Assembly (NCBI GenBank): GCA_027923505.1
Contig: BROI01000002.1
Location: forward strand, 930,001 to 994,000
Direction: 5' to 3'
Length of the DNA stretch: 64,000 nt
Origin: Mayamaea pseudoterrestris
Taxonomy: Eukaryota
Made by a program: the position numbers and the translations under genes. Position 1 is the stretch's first letter. Each line of letters opens with the position of its first letter. The notes under the pieces were generated by a model. It ran no database searches. It was not told the DNA's origin and saw only the letters and a list, made by a program, of their open reading frames with translations. Below, in pieces: positions 33,257 through 46,121 of this stretch.

Positions 33257-33569
33257 ATGGTATACTTTAGATTCTGGAGTGTTTGCGTACTCGGGCTACC
33301 GGTAGATGGTTGATGACGAGTGATTGGGCGCAAGAGACACTCTTACTGTTAATACAACGCAAAATCTGGGTTAATTAGTTCGTCTTTATCGCTTGCCCAA
33401 TATAGTTTTTGGTATTTGAATGTTTGTAGATACGCATATGCAAACAATTGGTCAATTTGATATAAGGAGTGTCACGTCGCCCACCAAGCAGAGTTGCATC
33501 GGGCATCCATCCCATCCTACGCATGAGCGGCCATTGGTGGGTCTATCGAGTCGATATGAATGCAATGAT

Positions 33570-36500
33570 CTATTGTATCGTCGATTCCAAGTACTTGCTG
33601 TAGGCTGTATCCAAAAGATTTGTTGCCTCAACTTCGCCTTGAGGGTTGCCCTCGCGCACGGTCCACATTGCCGACGTCAATGCAACACGTTCGTCCGTCA
33701 CGTCTGGGTTCTGCCGCAGCAGGTCTAGCAGCGCCTGACCAAGCGCACTACCAGTAGTTGGCTCGACATTATGGGCACTGTTACCGATCAACGTGTTTGT
33801 CATTGTCGGTAGCACTGGAGACTCCAAGCCAGTCATTGATTCATCGTCCGAGTTTCGCGGAGAGCTGAATATATCATCCAAAACGGATGAGCATCTCACA
33901 ACGTCCATTTCGCGCTTCTCTTGCTCTTCAACTGCCTGCTGTGGTCGCTTATTCGGAATGTACAACTCTAGACCACCATCAACATCGATTGTTTCTTGTG
34001 GTCTCTTTCTACAAGAATTGGCCACATCTTTGGCATGTTCAGTCTCAATTTCCGTCGCTACTTCTTGCGACTCAGCCTTCTCCGACGAAGTATTGCCGCT
34101 GAGAGCTGATGAAAGGAGAGTACCGGAAAAACCGCGCTCTGCTGCTCGATTTCGAGATTTGGATTTGGTTGCACTATTGGATTTTGTCGCTGCGTTCGAA
34201 GTATCAATGAGCAGGTCCATGAGCGCTTCCTTGTCAATGTCGCTGAAGCTTTCGTCGACATCAGAAACTCGCAGCAAGGCAATGTAATCTGAAGGGTCGA
34301 AGGCTGGATTATTGACAACATCCGCTTCAAGTTTGGACTCGCAAAGCTCTAAAAGAGTCATCACATTTTGATCAAAAGGCAAGAACAAAAGCTCGGTACG
34401 GCCAGAAAGTGTCGTTGACGTGCTGAGATCTCCGCAGTCCTCAGTATCGACAGCTACAGGCGAAGTGGTAGGAGGGTGGCGAAAGATGAGAGCAACGGTG
34501 TGATTTAGCTCGTAAATAGAACCATTCGAACACCGTTCCATGAGACACAAGCGAAGAGCAGCAACATTGTTGCCTAACGACGTTTGCACCGTGTCCTCGT
34601 CAGTTATCACCCCAATGGGATACCTCGTCTTCCTTTTTCGCGTCGACCTACGAAGTAGCTCGTTATCTGGAGTTTCACTGCTCCAAGCCATGCATTGCTC
34701 GACGGCCGAAACAATGTCCCCCTTTCCCGATCTAGAGGCAGCTTCGAAAACACGCAAGGTAAAGGAACGCGATGTACCCTTTTTATGTTCTCCGTCGGAA
34801 TCAAGTATAATGGGATCATCCTTCGCTGTACCCATTCCATCCTGCATAATACTGACTTTTGTTTCGCTAAGCTTATGGGCCGTGGCAGCATCGTCAAGAA
34901 AGATCCAATTGCGGAAAGCGCTGGCACAATCGTCGTCGCAGCAGGCTTTGGCAGATATGTCCTCGGCAAGAGAAACGGCTGACCGCGAAGCAGATACGTC
35001 CGACTGCAATTCGGAGCGCGGTCTCAAGACTGGATGAATTGAATGAGAGAGTTTCATTCTCTTAATAAATTCACCGGCATCGTGCATGTCAAGATTTGCG
35101 TCTCTATCTTCTAAGCAATCGTTCGCCATGAGCGCGTAGGTCATAGCAACCACGTACGAGAGAAATACTTGGTAGTCTTGCTCCGTGAAAAGCACCAAGT
35201 CTGATCGCAATTGTAAATCCCCATTTAAAAGGTTTTCTTTGAACAAAGCATCGTACAAAGGAGAGCCGTGTTGTTCACAAAGAATCGGACGAAACAAGGA
35301 AAATACGAGCTCGACCCGTTCTTTATCAGGTTGGTGACATTCCAAAAGAGACTGAGGCGTCCAACTGGCAGATTGCGGCGAAAGTAATCGCTTTGCGAAT
35401 TGCTCGAGTGACTCATCAGCTTTTGGCTCGCAGCGTTGAACAGTTACAGCAAATCTCTTCCAATTAGTAAGGTCGCTCTTGAACATAATCACGTAGGTCT
35501 CATCAGCGTCAAGCCTTGTTATTTGATCAGGATCAGATGTGTAGATAACCAAAGCTTCCTCGATACCCTTTTTTAAAAATTTCATGATCTCCTTTAAACG
35601 TTGCTTGGCCTGCCGTTCAGCATCCGATTGATCGCGACAGTCGGCGCAGACGGCTTCAAGACTCGCGATGCCGGAAGGAATCTGCACGTAATCTTGATCG
35701 ATTTTGAGACATTCTGCCGCAGGAAAGAGCGTTACAATTTTACTCCAGGTTTCAAATGAAACAAAATCAACAGAAGTGGTTTTGTTCGTGTTCAAGTTAC
35801 CGTGTCGACCTTCGCGATCAATGAAGAAATTTGAGTGTAGTTTAAACAATATTACTCGCCGATTATTTACTTACATATAACACTGCCGTTAACAAGCGAA
35901 TCTCTCTGAAACTCGGAATGCTCGCTTTTGTCCACAGGCGAGGAATTGTCGGAAGTTTGTTTCAGTTCGAATGCTATCGTAGAAGGGTCAAGTGCGTCAA
36001 TAGTGTTTAGCTTTGAATCGCCGACGGCTTTCCTAAGTCGTTGCATGTGTGCTCGAAATTGTCTAAGAAACGTGTTGGAGACAGCATACAGAAAGCGCTT
36101 TTTGGTAGCACTATGCAAACTGTCCGCATCGTCGCTTAATCCAAGGTCGATGCAGTCGAATGCACTAAGTAGGTCTCCCTGCTGTTCTAGCGACTCCAGT
36201 TTTGAAGCCAGCTCGATGACATACACCTCAGCACACTCTTGACATGCCAAGTTCCTTGCTGCCAATGTATTGATACATCTTTCATTGTCTCCTAAGGTAT
36301 TCAATTCATTGTCGATTAGGATGACTAGACGGTCGAAAAGGGATGCGGGTATAAGTTTTCCCCGACATGCATCGCGAGGATGAAGCAACTGATGAGCACA
36401 TTCGTCAGTACGCAAAAGCAGCCCACATCCAGAATCAAAAAAATCCGCGTCGCTTTGTACTGGTTTGCAAGCTATATATTCACAAAGCTTTTGCGAGTCA

Positions 36501-38814
36501 ACTAGTACAGACTGCTCGTCGCAACTTGAAACGGTATGATACTCTTGAAACAGAATTCGTAATGCTGACCGGCGGTTTTCAAGCTGTTCGCACATATGCT
36601 TATCGTCAGTACACATTCTGAGAGGCAAATGAGAAGGACAGTGTTAGATGTTGGAGGGTATAATGCAGGGGCAAAGCCAGTTACTTACTTAGTCAGCTTT
36701 GAATAATGTTCGGATCTGTCTAATCGGACACCACCTAGGACGCTTGGTGAAACTGTCGTTGCTAGAAGCGACGGACTTGTTTCGCGAAAATGGTCGTAGA
36801 TGCTCTGGGCCAGAAAATTCTCCTCAACGTAGTACATGTTGTACGCTTCGTTACTTCCATTTTGCTTCTTAGCCGACTCCTTTTGTTCATCGTCGGTTGA
36901 GTTATCTTTGGGTGCATTAGGATTGTAGCTGCAATTCGGTCCAAGTTCAAGACGCGTAACAGTTTCATCGTTAAATTCAAACCATTGACCCGACGGCCAG
37001 TCCATCGCTTCAGCCACGTAGTGTCCGCTGTATGCAGTCGTGCCTTTATGACGCATGACTGCGCACAACAAATACCGATGTTGCTGCGTCGTGCCATTGT
37101 GAATTGCTTCGACCCGTATTTCTGTGGGAAGACGAACCTTGTCCGAAAGTTTCTTCTTTTCGCCCTTGTTTCGATCGTACACATAGCGACAAAGTTGAAT
37201 GTTCAGACATGGAGGAAGTCGTTCAAAAAGGGTTCTGCGCGTGGCGTTCTGTTTCTCGTTGCAGACGGAGCAGAAATACTGATTGTCGCCATCCATGTGC
37301 TCCTCCTCGCAATAGCGCTCAAGACAGTACTGTAGATCTGTATCAAACTCCTTGTTTCTCGTGAAAAATGAACTTATCGATTTCCTTTTTTCTTTCGGCC
37401 GCTTTTCAATTGGAAGGTTAATGTCTTCAAATTCTTCCCTCCGACTAGATATTGTACCACACTTTAAACATTTGGTCTCGTACAAAATTGCTCCTTGAAA
37501 TAAATCAGATAGTAGGGTTGCCAAGTTACTCTCTCCATCCTCGACTCGCGGTGCATTCGACAACGCCTGCGCTTGAAATGATTCGGACATTCGCGCGAAC
37601 AAAAGTCGACTGAATTCGTTCGGGTCTTGCTGCTCTCCATGGTCAAGACCCAGAGCAGTCGTCCACTCAAGGGCGGAGCAGGTATTTTGTGCGCCTTCTC
37701 GCATTCGGGCCAAGAGTTCTTGAAAAAGGGATATGACGTTGTTCATGCGGTCGTCGCAATTTGGAGACTGCCACCGAAAGATTCCTTTCGTAAACACCAG
37801 GTTTTGCGCAAGGCACTGCAGCTGCGTGTTGAGATAGCAAGTGGCTCCAAGATTGCTGATTCCTGGAGGAACGGCAAAGCGAATCGACCCATCTCGTTGG
37901 CGCACGCGCGAAGGAATGTTCACTGGATTGTCAAAGACGAGAGCCCGCTGACTCGAGCGAATCATCTCCACTGCATCTGAGAGTGGCATAATGCCATCCA
38001 AAAGTGGTTTCAAATAAAGCTTCACCTGATTAGCATCAATCCAAACTGACTTGCGCGTTGAGTCTAATAGGGCTTGTGTGTTTGAGCGAAATGTGACGGC
38101 CGGGCGACACTCATCCGTTTCCATGACATCGCTGTCATTGTCGTCGTCATTGTCTGGCGTACAGAATTTGGCCTGTTGAAGCGTCTTTGCCTTCTCCAAT
38201 AGAATATCATTCATGACTCCTCCGAGAGTGACCAAGCAGAACGGATTCGAATCGCATTCGCAAACAAAGGATGAATCGTCCGGGCGGACACCAACAATGA
38301 CAGTCTCTTCTGGCTTTGGCCCTTTCCGTTTCCGCTTGTTTTTCATCGCCGCCTTCTTTTGAGCTTCAATGGTCCATCGCAGAAGTGTTGGACAAGTTGA
38401 AATGGAGGTAAATCGTACAGTTTCAAGCGCCTCAGCATTTTCTTCATTAATACCGACTGGTTCATTGTCCGGATTGCCGCATGATTTTAACCAAGGACTC
38501 GCATCCATCTCGGCTTGAGTTTTGGCGCAGATTCCGCGATACGGATCGACATCAACTTCATATCTTGCTTCTTCAAGGCGTTTGTTGAAGACCATCAAAT
38601 GATTCAACGTTGGCTTCTTTCGCTTGTTACTGTTGTTGCTCTTTCCGAAACAACCACGAGTATTATTGCCTTTCATTCGAGTCAGACGGATGAGCGGTGT
38701 CTTCTTTTCAGTAGAAGAGGAGGCGTCCGACGAATCGTTGAATTCAATGTCGGCGGTACTGGCCACTGCCACGGCAATCGCTTCAAGTTCCTCGTCGTTG
38801 GTAGGCGAACTCAT
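33570..38814 (-). CDS. USP48: Ubiquitin-specific protease USP48/UBP26-like; 3 exons (38814..36689, 36617..35875, 35809..33570)
   Basis: Cys box GISNLGATCYLNTQLQ, QQDPNEF, His box HKGTTAYSGHYVA..WFEFNDE, N-terminal NPFCL motif and DUSP-like C.HG motifs. Introns of 71 and 65 bp join the three ORFs in frame. Confidence 0.88.
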
Positions 38815-39299
38815 GCCTGATGCCGTCGCGCTCTTCTTCAGTTCCAGTGTTTTCCAAAAATGCAAGCCCGTATCCACAAGTCAATTATCGTACAGCAATA
38901 AAGTATGAAAATAGTACAGCTAAAATGTGTTCTGCTGCTGCACTTTATGACGGCGTTAAGCGCAGCGGCTGCCCGTCTCCGCAAAAAAATGTCATGGCTC
39001 TCATCGTCGTCGTCGAAGCGGTCAATATATCTTAGCGGTATTGGGCTGCTGATGCTTTATCGGCCGCCTCGGATTAGCTATGCATGACTGCTGTGAGGAT
39101 TCTGCACAGATTACGACTTAATAAGATGTTTGAAAAAAGTTTGAGACGAACGAGGTGACAGAGTTGTTCTGTGGCAATGAAAAAACGGAAGCATTGCCAG
39201 AGGTGAATAAACTGCTAGTATAAACGTAGACTTAAAACGTGACAAAAAAGCGGAGCTCAAAATTGACGCTGATTGGAATTGCTCGCATTGCAAAAGAGA

Positions 39300-40417
39300 T
39301 CAAACTTGTGTCGACGATCGGATATGTTCAGTCGCATCAACCTTTTTACTACCGTCAACCGACTCACCCACGGTAAACTCCGAAATGGTCCCCACAGTCT
39401 CGCTGAGCCTCAATGGTGTGTCATCCATGTACAGCTGGTGATCAACCTGATCCAAATTCTCAATGAATTTGCTGCTCGTGTTGTGACCGTCACTTGCCAC
39501 CAAATCAAGAATGTCGTCGAGCGAGTCGAGAAACTCCCAGTTGGTGGAACGGCGCAAATTGTTGACTCTTACACTCGCAGCCTCATCTCCGCTGACCATT
39601 GACGACATTCTCATTTGAAAGGAGCCGTGAGTCCCATATGAATCCATAATGAAGGATGGTCGACGTTCAAAGGTAGCCCGCACCAAACTCGTCGTAATGT
39701 TGGAACTTTTTCGAAGCTCCGTCTCGTTGCCAGAGTCGCTCTGCGTACTGGAATGACGCTCCACATGCGCACGTTGCTGCGTTCTAGTGAATGTGGTCTT
39801 GGCGTTCTTCTTCTGGCGCTGAATGGCTGTCACTTGGTCACGAAGCGAATGACCCACTGGGAGCAAACGAGAAAAAGCAAGCAATGGACAGACAGCGAGT
39901 AAGTAGATGCGAAATGAGTGGCACCGGCGTCAGTTTTGAAGCTACATCAGAAAACACTTTATGACAGAGTATTAGATGCTTATGCTCCGTTGCTTTAACA
40001 ACGAATGCAAAGGGAAAAGAGGGACATGGACTCAGACGCACCTTTGTCACGAGCTTCTGCGTCGCCAATGTCATACCATCGATTCGACTTGTCTTGCTTC
40101 AAAAAGTGCCCTCCCTTTTCTCTGACAAAATCAACAATGCAAATGACAACTTGTGTCTTGTCGTTGCGCGTAGGACTCTGGATATATCGCTGAACGTGTG
40201 ACTGAACAAGCTTGCGAAACCTGACATTACCCATGTGATTCCAGTTTCTCTTTCCTCGACCACAGCAAACGTCCCAATCTCCTGGCACATAATTTGGAGG
40301 CAATGAACCTTTCGTTAGAGTCCACTTTTTCTTGTCAAAGGGATTGGCGATTGCTGAGCTGAGATTGTGGAGCGTCGTCGGAACGCTGGTTGCAAGGTCG
40401 CCGAGAAATGTCGCCAT
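39300..40417 (-). CDS. DUF6824-domain protein; 2 exons (40417..40042, 39856..39300)
   Basis: DVCCGRGKRNWNHMGNVRFRKLV...KTQVV..IVDFVREKGGHFLK..W....AEARDK|VGHSLRD matches a diatom-expanded domain. 185-bp GT-AG intron. Confidence 0.85.
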
Positions 40418-40914
40418 CTTTCCGAAATACTTATAAAAGATTTGAGTTGCTGCTAATGTAGAGAAGGCAGGACCACACCTCTCCGTCGATTAGTTACTGT
40501 AAGCCTATATTCTCTGTCGCAGCTCTCTTAGCAAGATCGTTGATCTTGTTTGTGCACTGCCCACTTCGTCGCATGACGCTGCGGCACTGGCAAGATTTGT
40601 GACTCACTTTTACATATGCCTCGGCAACTAGATTAGCTAAAACGAACCTGAAGATGGTGCGAAAGAATATCAAAATCGACGACCGACGCGACCAAGCGAC
40701 CATGGTGCGAGCCATTGGGTTTGGATGCGTCTCAAACGGCGTGCGTAGTAATTGGACCCCTGTAGTCGTAGGTGGGAATTACTTCTAATAGGTCACTGTG
40801 CGATCCGAGGTATAACGCTCGACAAATCGACCAATTCTGTCATCGCTCACACTCCACACTCCATTCGCAGGCAGGGACGAGCGTGCCATCATTTTTTTTC
40901 GTCGGCTCACTTAA

Positions 40915-42120
40915 ATGACGTTGAACAATGAGCACTTCGAGCGCTCCGTCGACGTCTTGGGCCAGGCGCCAACTGCTGAACAGGTTGACGACTGGTTCAC
41001 AACGGTTGCATTATATACAAAGTACAAGATTGGATCCAGTTTCCAAGGTCGAGATTTGCACATTTACAGTTCCAGATCGCTAGACAAGCACGACGAGAAC
41101 GATGCTTCTGTATTGCTTCTATCTTTGGTTCATGGGAATGAGCCGGCTGGGCTCTTGTCGCTTTTACGGACTGTTCAGCAACTTTTATCAAGAGAAGCAA
41201 CGAATGTTACTGCTGTTGAACGAGACGATGCCTATACATTACTGAGAGGGAACCAAAGCAGCAAGAGCAGCAAGCTTCTTAAAATTATTGCGTTTCCAAT
41301 TGTTAACATTGACTCCTATGTTGCTAACCTTGATTTTGGCAATGGCTGCCGACGAACCAATATGCGACAAACATGTGTTAACCACACGCAGCCAATCTAC
41401 ACATGCCCATATCCTTCACATGGCGGAGTTGATTTGAATCGTAACCATCCAATGGACTGGAGTGGCGAGTATGCGGGTGACGATGATTTAGGCGGAACTT
41501 GTGGTATAACCTACAAGGGACTCAAGCCTTGGAGTGAACCGGAAGCAAGGGCAGTTCGAGACGTTGTTCTAAAATATCGACCGACGGCTGCCATGTCGTT
41601 CCATACTCGAGGTTTGATTCAATCTGAAGCATTATTGATTCATCCCTTTACTAGTGGTCGTCCTGTGGAATTGTTGGAAAACCTTGCGCTCTATCGAGAG
41701 TGGAGTCGCAAAATGAATGATCGCAACTTGTACGTGACGGGCACTGCGCAAGAGGCGATTCAGTATACTGCCAGTGGGTCAACGATTGACTGGATGGCAA
41801 GTCAAGGAGTCATTTCCTTTGTCATGGAAAGCCGCACTCCCTGCCACGAAGGACGTTGGTGTTCCGACGAGTTTGCGGGTGCTGTCAAGGCGTTGACACT
41901 GCAGGACGGTCGAACAGGCACCATACTTGTCGATCTGGTAGCGGAGTTCAAAACGGAGCAACTGCTTACAAACCCTTTGTACCGGCATTTGCAACTTGTA
42001 CTGTGCGTTTCTGTTGGCATCCTTGCGCTTCTCGCTGTAATTTGGAAGCGGCGCACCATTTGCGTTTGGACGTGGAATTGGAAGCAGAATTCAATTGGCA
42101 ATGCCAGCAAAAAGAGATAG
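40915..42120 (+). CDS. Zinc carboxypeptidase (M14) with C-terminal TM helix
   Basis: IGSSFQGRDL, HGNE, RRTN, GVDLNRNH, PWSEPEARAVRD, SFHT, YTASGSTIDW, catalytic E in FVME; TM LVLCVSVGILALLAVIW. Confidence 0.9.
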   Translation: MTLNNEHFERSVDVLGQAPTAEQVDDWFTTVALYTKYKIGSSFQGRDLHIYSSRSLDKHDENDASVLLLSLVHGNEPAGLLSLLRTVQQLLSREATNVTAVERDDAYTLLRGNQSSKSSKLLKIIAFPIVNIDSYVANLDFGNGCRRTNMRQTCVNHTQPIYTCPYPSHGGVDLNRNHPMDWSGEYAGDDDLGGTCGITYKGLKPWSEPEARAVRDVVLKYRPTAAMSFHTRGLIQSEALLIHPFTSGRPVELLENLALYREWSRKMNDRNLYVTGTAQEAIQYTASGSTIDWMASQGVISFVMESRTPCHEGRWCSDEFAGAVKALTLQDGRTGTILVDLVAEFKTEQLLTNPLYRHLQLVLCVSVGILALLAVIWKRRTICVWTWNWKQNSIGNASKKR

Positions 42121-42637
42121 ACAAGAAATAGCCTTGTAACTGTTCGATACTTTGCTGGCGGATATAGCAAGAGTGGCTTGATTTGCCTTGCGAAGTCCGA
42201 ACGCTGCACATGGAACAACCTACTAAACACATTTATAAGCAGTGCACACCCCCTTAAGCTACCGTAGTAAGACCGTCTCGGTGAAGGCTACCATTGGGCG
42301 GGAATGGCAACTGGAGCGGGCAGTGAGCCACGTTATTACATCACATGCTCGCATTCGCTTGTGCCAATGATGAACATACGAGTATACAGTATTGCTTGTA
42401 AAAGTCTTTTGATCGAGTATGCTATGACCTGTACAAGTACACAACGATAGAAAGGATATAGTAACAAAAATGCTTGGTGAAATAATCTTGATCAACCCAC
42501 GGTAGCTTCTGATTGACGGTACGACATAGCGTCTCTTTCGTCACACGCATCATTCCGACTATTTCGACTAATTTCGCCCGTAAATCAGTCGTCAAGTATA
42601 GCGAATTGTCAGGAATTTTAAAAAAACCAGCAGAGCA

Positions 42638-43064
42638 ATGACAACCTTTCAGGTATGATTCAGCCTCTCAGCAACGACTAGACGCCAAGTCGCGAATTGG
42701 TCGCGCCGACGAGCGATGAGGTGCAAGCCGCACCGGTACGTGGAAGCAAGAATTTGTCTCTCATTCAGAGTGTTTCCCATTACTGTTATCACAGAACAAT
42801 ACTGGAAACGGCAATGCCATTAACCAAGAAGTATCTAAAAAGGAAGAATTTCGTCGTTATTTGGAAAAGTCTGGCGTATTGGATGCATTCACAAAAGCTT
42901 TGGTTGGCTTGTACGAGGAACCAGACCGTCCCTTGCACGCGTTGGAGTACATTAAGCGGTATCTAGGTGCTCCAGCAGGAGGAGATATGGACGGTTTGAA
43001 GCGAGAAAATGAGGAGTTGAAGAAGAAGGTGGATCAATTGCAAAAGCAGTTGGCGGAGAAGTAG
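42638..43064 (+). CDS. MYCBP: c-Myc-binding protein (MYCBP/AMY-1) homolog; 2 exons (42638..42652, 42795..43064)
   Basis: KKEEFRRYLEKSGVLDAFTKALVGLYEEPDRP..ALEYIKRYLG plus coiled coil. A micro-exon MTTFQ is joined by a 142-bp GT-AG intron. Confidence 0.9.
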
Positions 43065-43167
43065 ATTTCGTTGCTTGGACAAATTGATTGGCATCCTTTT
43101 TGCAAAAACGCTGCAAAACCTAGGAATATCTACCGGTACTTGTTTATATGAAATATTAAAGAGACTG

Positions 43168-44427
43168 TCATTGCTTATGTTGCAACGAATCAAGTAACTC
43201 TTGTGCAGCAACTCGCGGTGTCGTGCGACCTTGCGCCAATGCTCGATTCAACTCATCGGCCCGAGCTTTCAAATCAGCATCCTCCTTAGTCTTTCGCAAC
43301 ACTAGCGTCTGCAAGTGTTTCCACATCCAATACTTGGCTTGCTCCTTTCGCCGCTCCTCTAGTTTGCCGCTATCCATTCGATGCTTCCGAAACAGGCACA
43401 GCTCGGCCCACAGCTCTGAAAGGCCACTGCCAGTGACACTGCTCGCCAGCAGCACCTTGGGTCGATCTTCCCTTGTTCCATACGTGTCCAAAAACGGCAA
43501 AGCATTCTTGTACTCGGCCGCTGTCATTCTAGCAGCCGGCAGCAAGTTGCCATCAGCCTTGGTAACAACAATCATGTGACAAGCCTCCATGATTCCCTTT
43601 TTGACACCCTGAAGTGAATCGCCTCCAGCAGGAGGAAGCAGCAGCACCATGCAATCCACACATTCCTCCAGTTCAATCTCCGACTGTCCAACTCCAACCG
43701 TTTCCACAACGACCAAGTCATAGTCGGCCAGTCCACATAGTGAAATAATTTCCGGACTCGCCTCCGACAAGCCACCCAGTGTACCAGACGTTGGTGCGGG
43801 TCGTATAAACACGCGAGGATCCTTGGACAGCTCCGTCATGCGCGTCTTGTCGCCCAGTATGCTGCCGCCGCTCCTGACGCTGGATGGGTCAATGCAAAGG
43901 ACGGCGAGTTTGTGTGGTGACCAGAGTGTAGTATTGACTTTAGTATTGTTTGCATCATTGCTTTCTTGCTCATTGTTTAATCCCAATATATGCTTGCCAA
44001 GCGCTTCAATCATTGTACTCTTGCCGGCGCCCGGCGCACCGGCGAATCCCAGTCGAAAGGTTTGTTTCGACGCTGGCTTGATTTTGACGCAGTGCTCGAG
44101 CAGCAAATTTGCCTGCTTTCGCATGTCACGATTGGTGGATTCCGTCAATGTAATGGCCTTGCTGAGCGCCATGCGCTGCTTCCATGGATTATTATTGTTA
44201 ATACTATCGCTAGAATCGTCGTTGCTGCTGCTGTTCATGTTGAGCAAGTCTTTGGCAATGCGACGAGTGGATGGCGAGAGTTCTTGTTCCTTGCTGTCGT
44301 CAGCCAGTGAAGACATGTAGAATGTACATGGCGGTTTCCATGACTTGCTACTAGCGACAAACTCATTGAAGGAATATCGTCTCCATATTTGACTCGCCAA
44401 TGGCTTGCTTGCACAAAGGATCCTCAT
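43168..44427 (-). CDS. MMAA: Methylmalonic aciduria type A GTPase (MMAA/MeaB), mitochondrial
   Basis: LSKAITLTES, GAPGAGKST, IDPSS..SGGSILGDKTRM, VETVGVGQSE, GGDSLQGVKKGIME, TKADG. Likely start MRILCASK at 44427. Confidence 0.95.
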   Translation of the reverse strand: MRILCASKPLASQIWRRYSFNEFVASSKSWKPPCTFYMSSLADDSKEQELSPSTRRIAKDLLNMNSSSNDDSSDSINNNNPWKQRMALSKAITLTESTNRDMRKQANLLLEHCVKIKPASKQTFRLGFAGAPGAGKSTMIEALGKHILGLNNEQESNDANNTKVNTTLWSPHKLAVLCIDPSSVRSGGSILGDKTRMTELSKDPRVFIRPAPTSGTLGGLSEASPEIISLCGLADYDLVVVETVGVGQSEIELEECVDCMVLLLPPAGGDSLQGVKKGIMEACHMIVVTKADGNLLPAARMTAAEYKNALPFLDTYGTREDRPKVLLASSVTGSGLSELWAELCLFRKHRMDSGKLEERRKEQAKYWMWKHLQTLVLRKTKEDADLKARADELNRALAQGRTTPRVAAQELLDSLQHKQ

Positions 44428-44615
44428 GATTGTGACGACTTGTTCGGATCCTCGGTTGTGACTGACGACTGAAACCCCGACGTTCGTTTTCAGTTTTCTT
44501 GCTCGTCGGCGTTCGCAAATGATGCGATCAGACCAATCTCTGGTGATTCCGAGCACCAAGGGAGCACGAGCTTGGAACCGTCCATCACACTCATTTCGCC
44601 AAAACGAATGAGACG

Positions 44616-45707
44616 ATGAAATCGTCCCCATTGTCTTTACAATTTCCTTCCATTTTCGTCGTTGCAGCTTCCTCCTGCGTACTGGTTATCTCGTTTATCT
44701 ATCAGAAACGAAAACTCTGGAGGCGCGAAGAAAAATGGGACGAAATACGCAAATCCGAACGCACCGGCCGCATCCGCGCGGAACGCCGACTACGCGAGCT
44801 GGAGAAACAGTTGCAGCAGCAGTCAAGTAACAGCACAAGCACTTTCGGTAGCAACAATCCACAGAATCACGAAACGTTCACAGCAACCATCATTGGAATA
44901 GTCACGTCTCCATACACCAAGCGCATGGGAACGCCGCGACAGCCGCAACTCGTGCCTTCCTCGCGCGGATACATTCAATTCACCGTTGCGGCGGAGGCGC
45001 TGGATGGCATGACGCAGTACAGTCACATGTGGGTCATTTTCGTCTTTCACGCCAACACTAATTCGGAAGCGTCCCAAAAGACCAAAATTCGTCCGCCGCG
45101 CGCAGGTGGCGTGAAAGTGGGACAATTGGCGACGCGATCGCCCCACCGGCCCAATCCCATTGGATTGAGTCTTTGTCGCATCGTCGACTGGGACGCCAAG
45201 GAGAAAAGGCTGCATGTGCGGGAATTGGATTTGGTGCATGGAACGCCCGTCTTGGATGTCAAGCCGTGCGTGCCGTGGGATGTTCCGCCCCTGCAAGCGT
45301 TTCGCGTGCCCGATTGGGTCAAACAAGATGATGGTATCGCCAATGTGGAATTTACAAATAGTGCAAAAGACGAGCTGGAGGAGCTGGTCAAGCAACAACG
45401 ACTGAGTCCGCTGTATACCATTGGCAATGATGGCTTTTCTGGCGCAGTGGAAACGTTGACGCAAGTGTTGGCGCAGGATCCGCGCAGCAGTCACCGTGGT
45501 CTCAAGACAAACGCGCGAGGCACTACAGCAACAACACTATCACCTAGCGATGCCACGTATAGTCTGATTTTTGGTCACACCAAGGTTGAGTTTCGAGTTT
45601 CGTCAAAGGGAGCGCAAGTCATGCATGTGAGTGCAGTCGACTTTGACGAATCGGCGCATGATAATGGTGTTCCGCTCATGTCAGATATCGATGGGTCATA
45701 CCGGTAG
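44616..45707 (+). CDS. TRMO: tRNA (adenine37-N6)-methyltransferase TrmO/TsaA with N-terminal hydrophobic segment
   Basis: IGIVTSPY..RMGTPRQP, YSHMWVIFVFHANT, PPR..GQLATRSPHRPNPIGLS, DLVHGTPVLDVKP, VLAQDPRS. Confidence 0.93.
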   Translation: MKSSPLSLQFPSIFVVAASSCVLVISFIYQKRKLWRREEKWDEIRKSERTGRIRAERRLRELEKQLQQQSSNSTSTFGSNNPQNHETFTATIIGIVTSPYTKRMGTPRQPQLVPSSRGYIQFTVAAEALDGMTQYSHMWVIFVFHANTNSEASQKTKIRPPRAGGVKVGQLATRSPHRPNPIGLSLCRIVDWDAKEKRLHVRELDLVHGTPVLDVKPCVPWDVPPLQAFRVPDWVKQDDGIANVEFTNSAKDELEELVKQQRLSPLYTIGNDGFSGAVETLTQVLAQDPRSSHRGLKTNARGTTATTLSPSDATYSLIFGHTKVEFRVSSKGAQVMHVSAVDFDESAHDNGVPLMSDIDGSYR

Positions 45708-46121
45708 TTTTTTGGTGGCCTTGTAATGTATAGCCGATTACCCGCTGCGTTTGCAGCCTTTACGCATGGTCTTGAGCTCCACCAACACTCCCGACTGTCT
45801 CGACCTAAGTTTTGATAATTGAACCTTACTGTATTTCCCTGATGCGCATGGCATCGTCCTCCTTTACAGTTAGTTGCAATGATTAGTGTTTGTTGTTGAT
45901 CAAGTATGACGAACAAGATCCTTTTGCATGGCTTAACTGGAAATTTGGATCCGACATGGAGACGAAAGCGCAGAAGCGAGTACCGATACGAATGAAACAT
46001 TTCAAGGTCGTACCACGACTGACTCATCGATGGACAGTCGAGCAAGCACCACATCACCATGATGAAAGAGAGACAAAGAGAAGGACACACAAATTGCGAA
46101 AGAACACGCTAATACGGAAAC

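Noticed and set aside
13142..38814. Ubiquitin-related genes (Rad60-like, MUB, USP48) as a functional cluster
   Set aside because: They are widely separated by unrelated genes, with no shared regulatory evidence.
44616..44631. Head-to-head coding overlap of MMAA and TRMO
   Set aside because: It depends on the distal ATG 44631; ATG 44427 gives a better mitochondrial presequence and no overlap.
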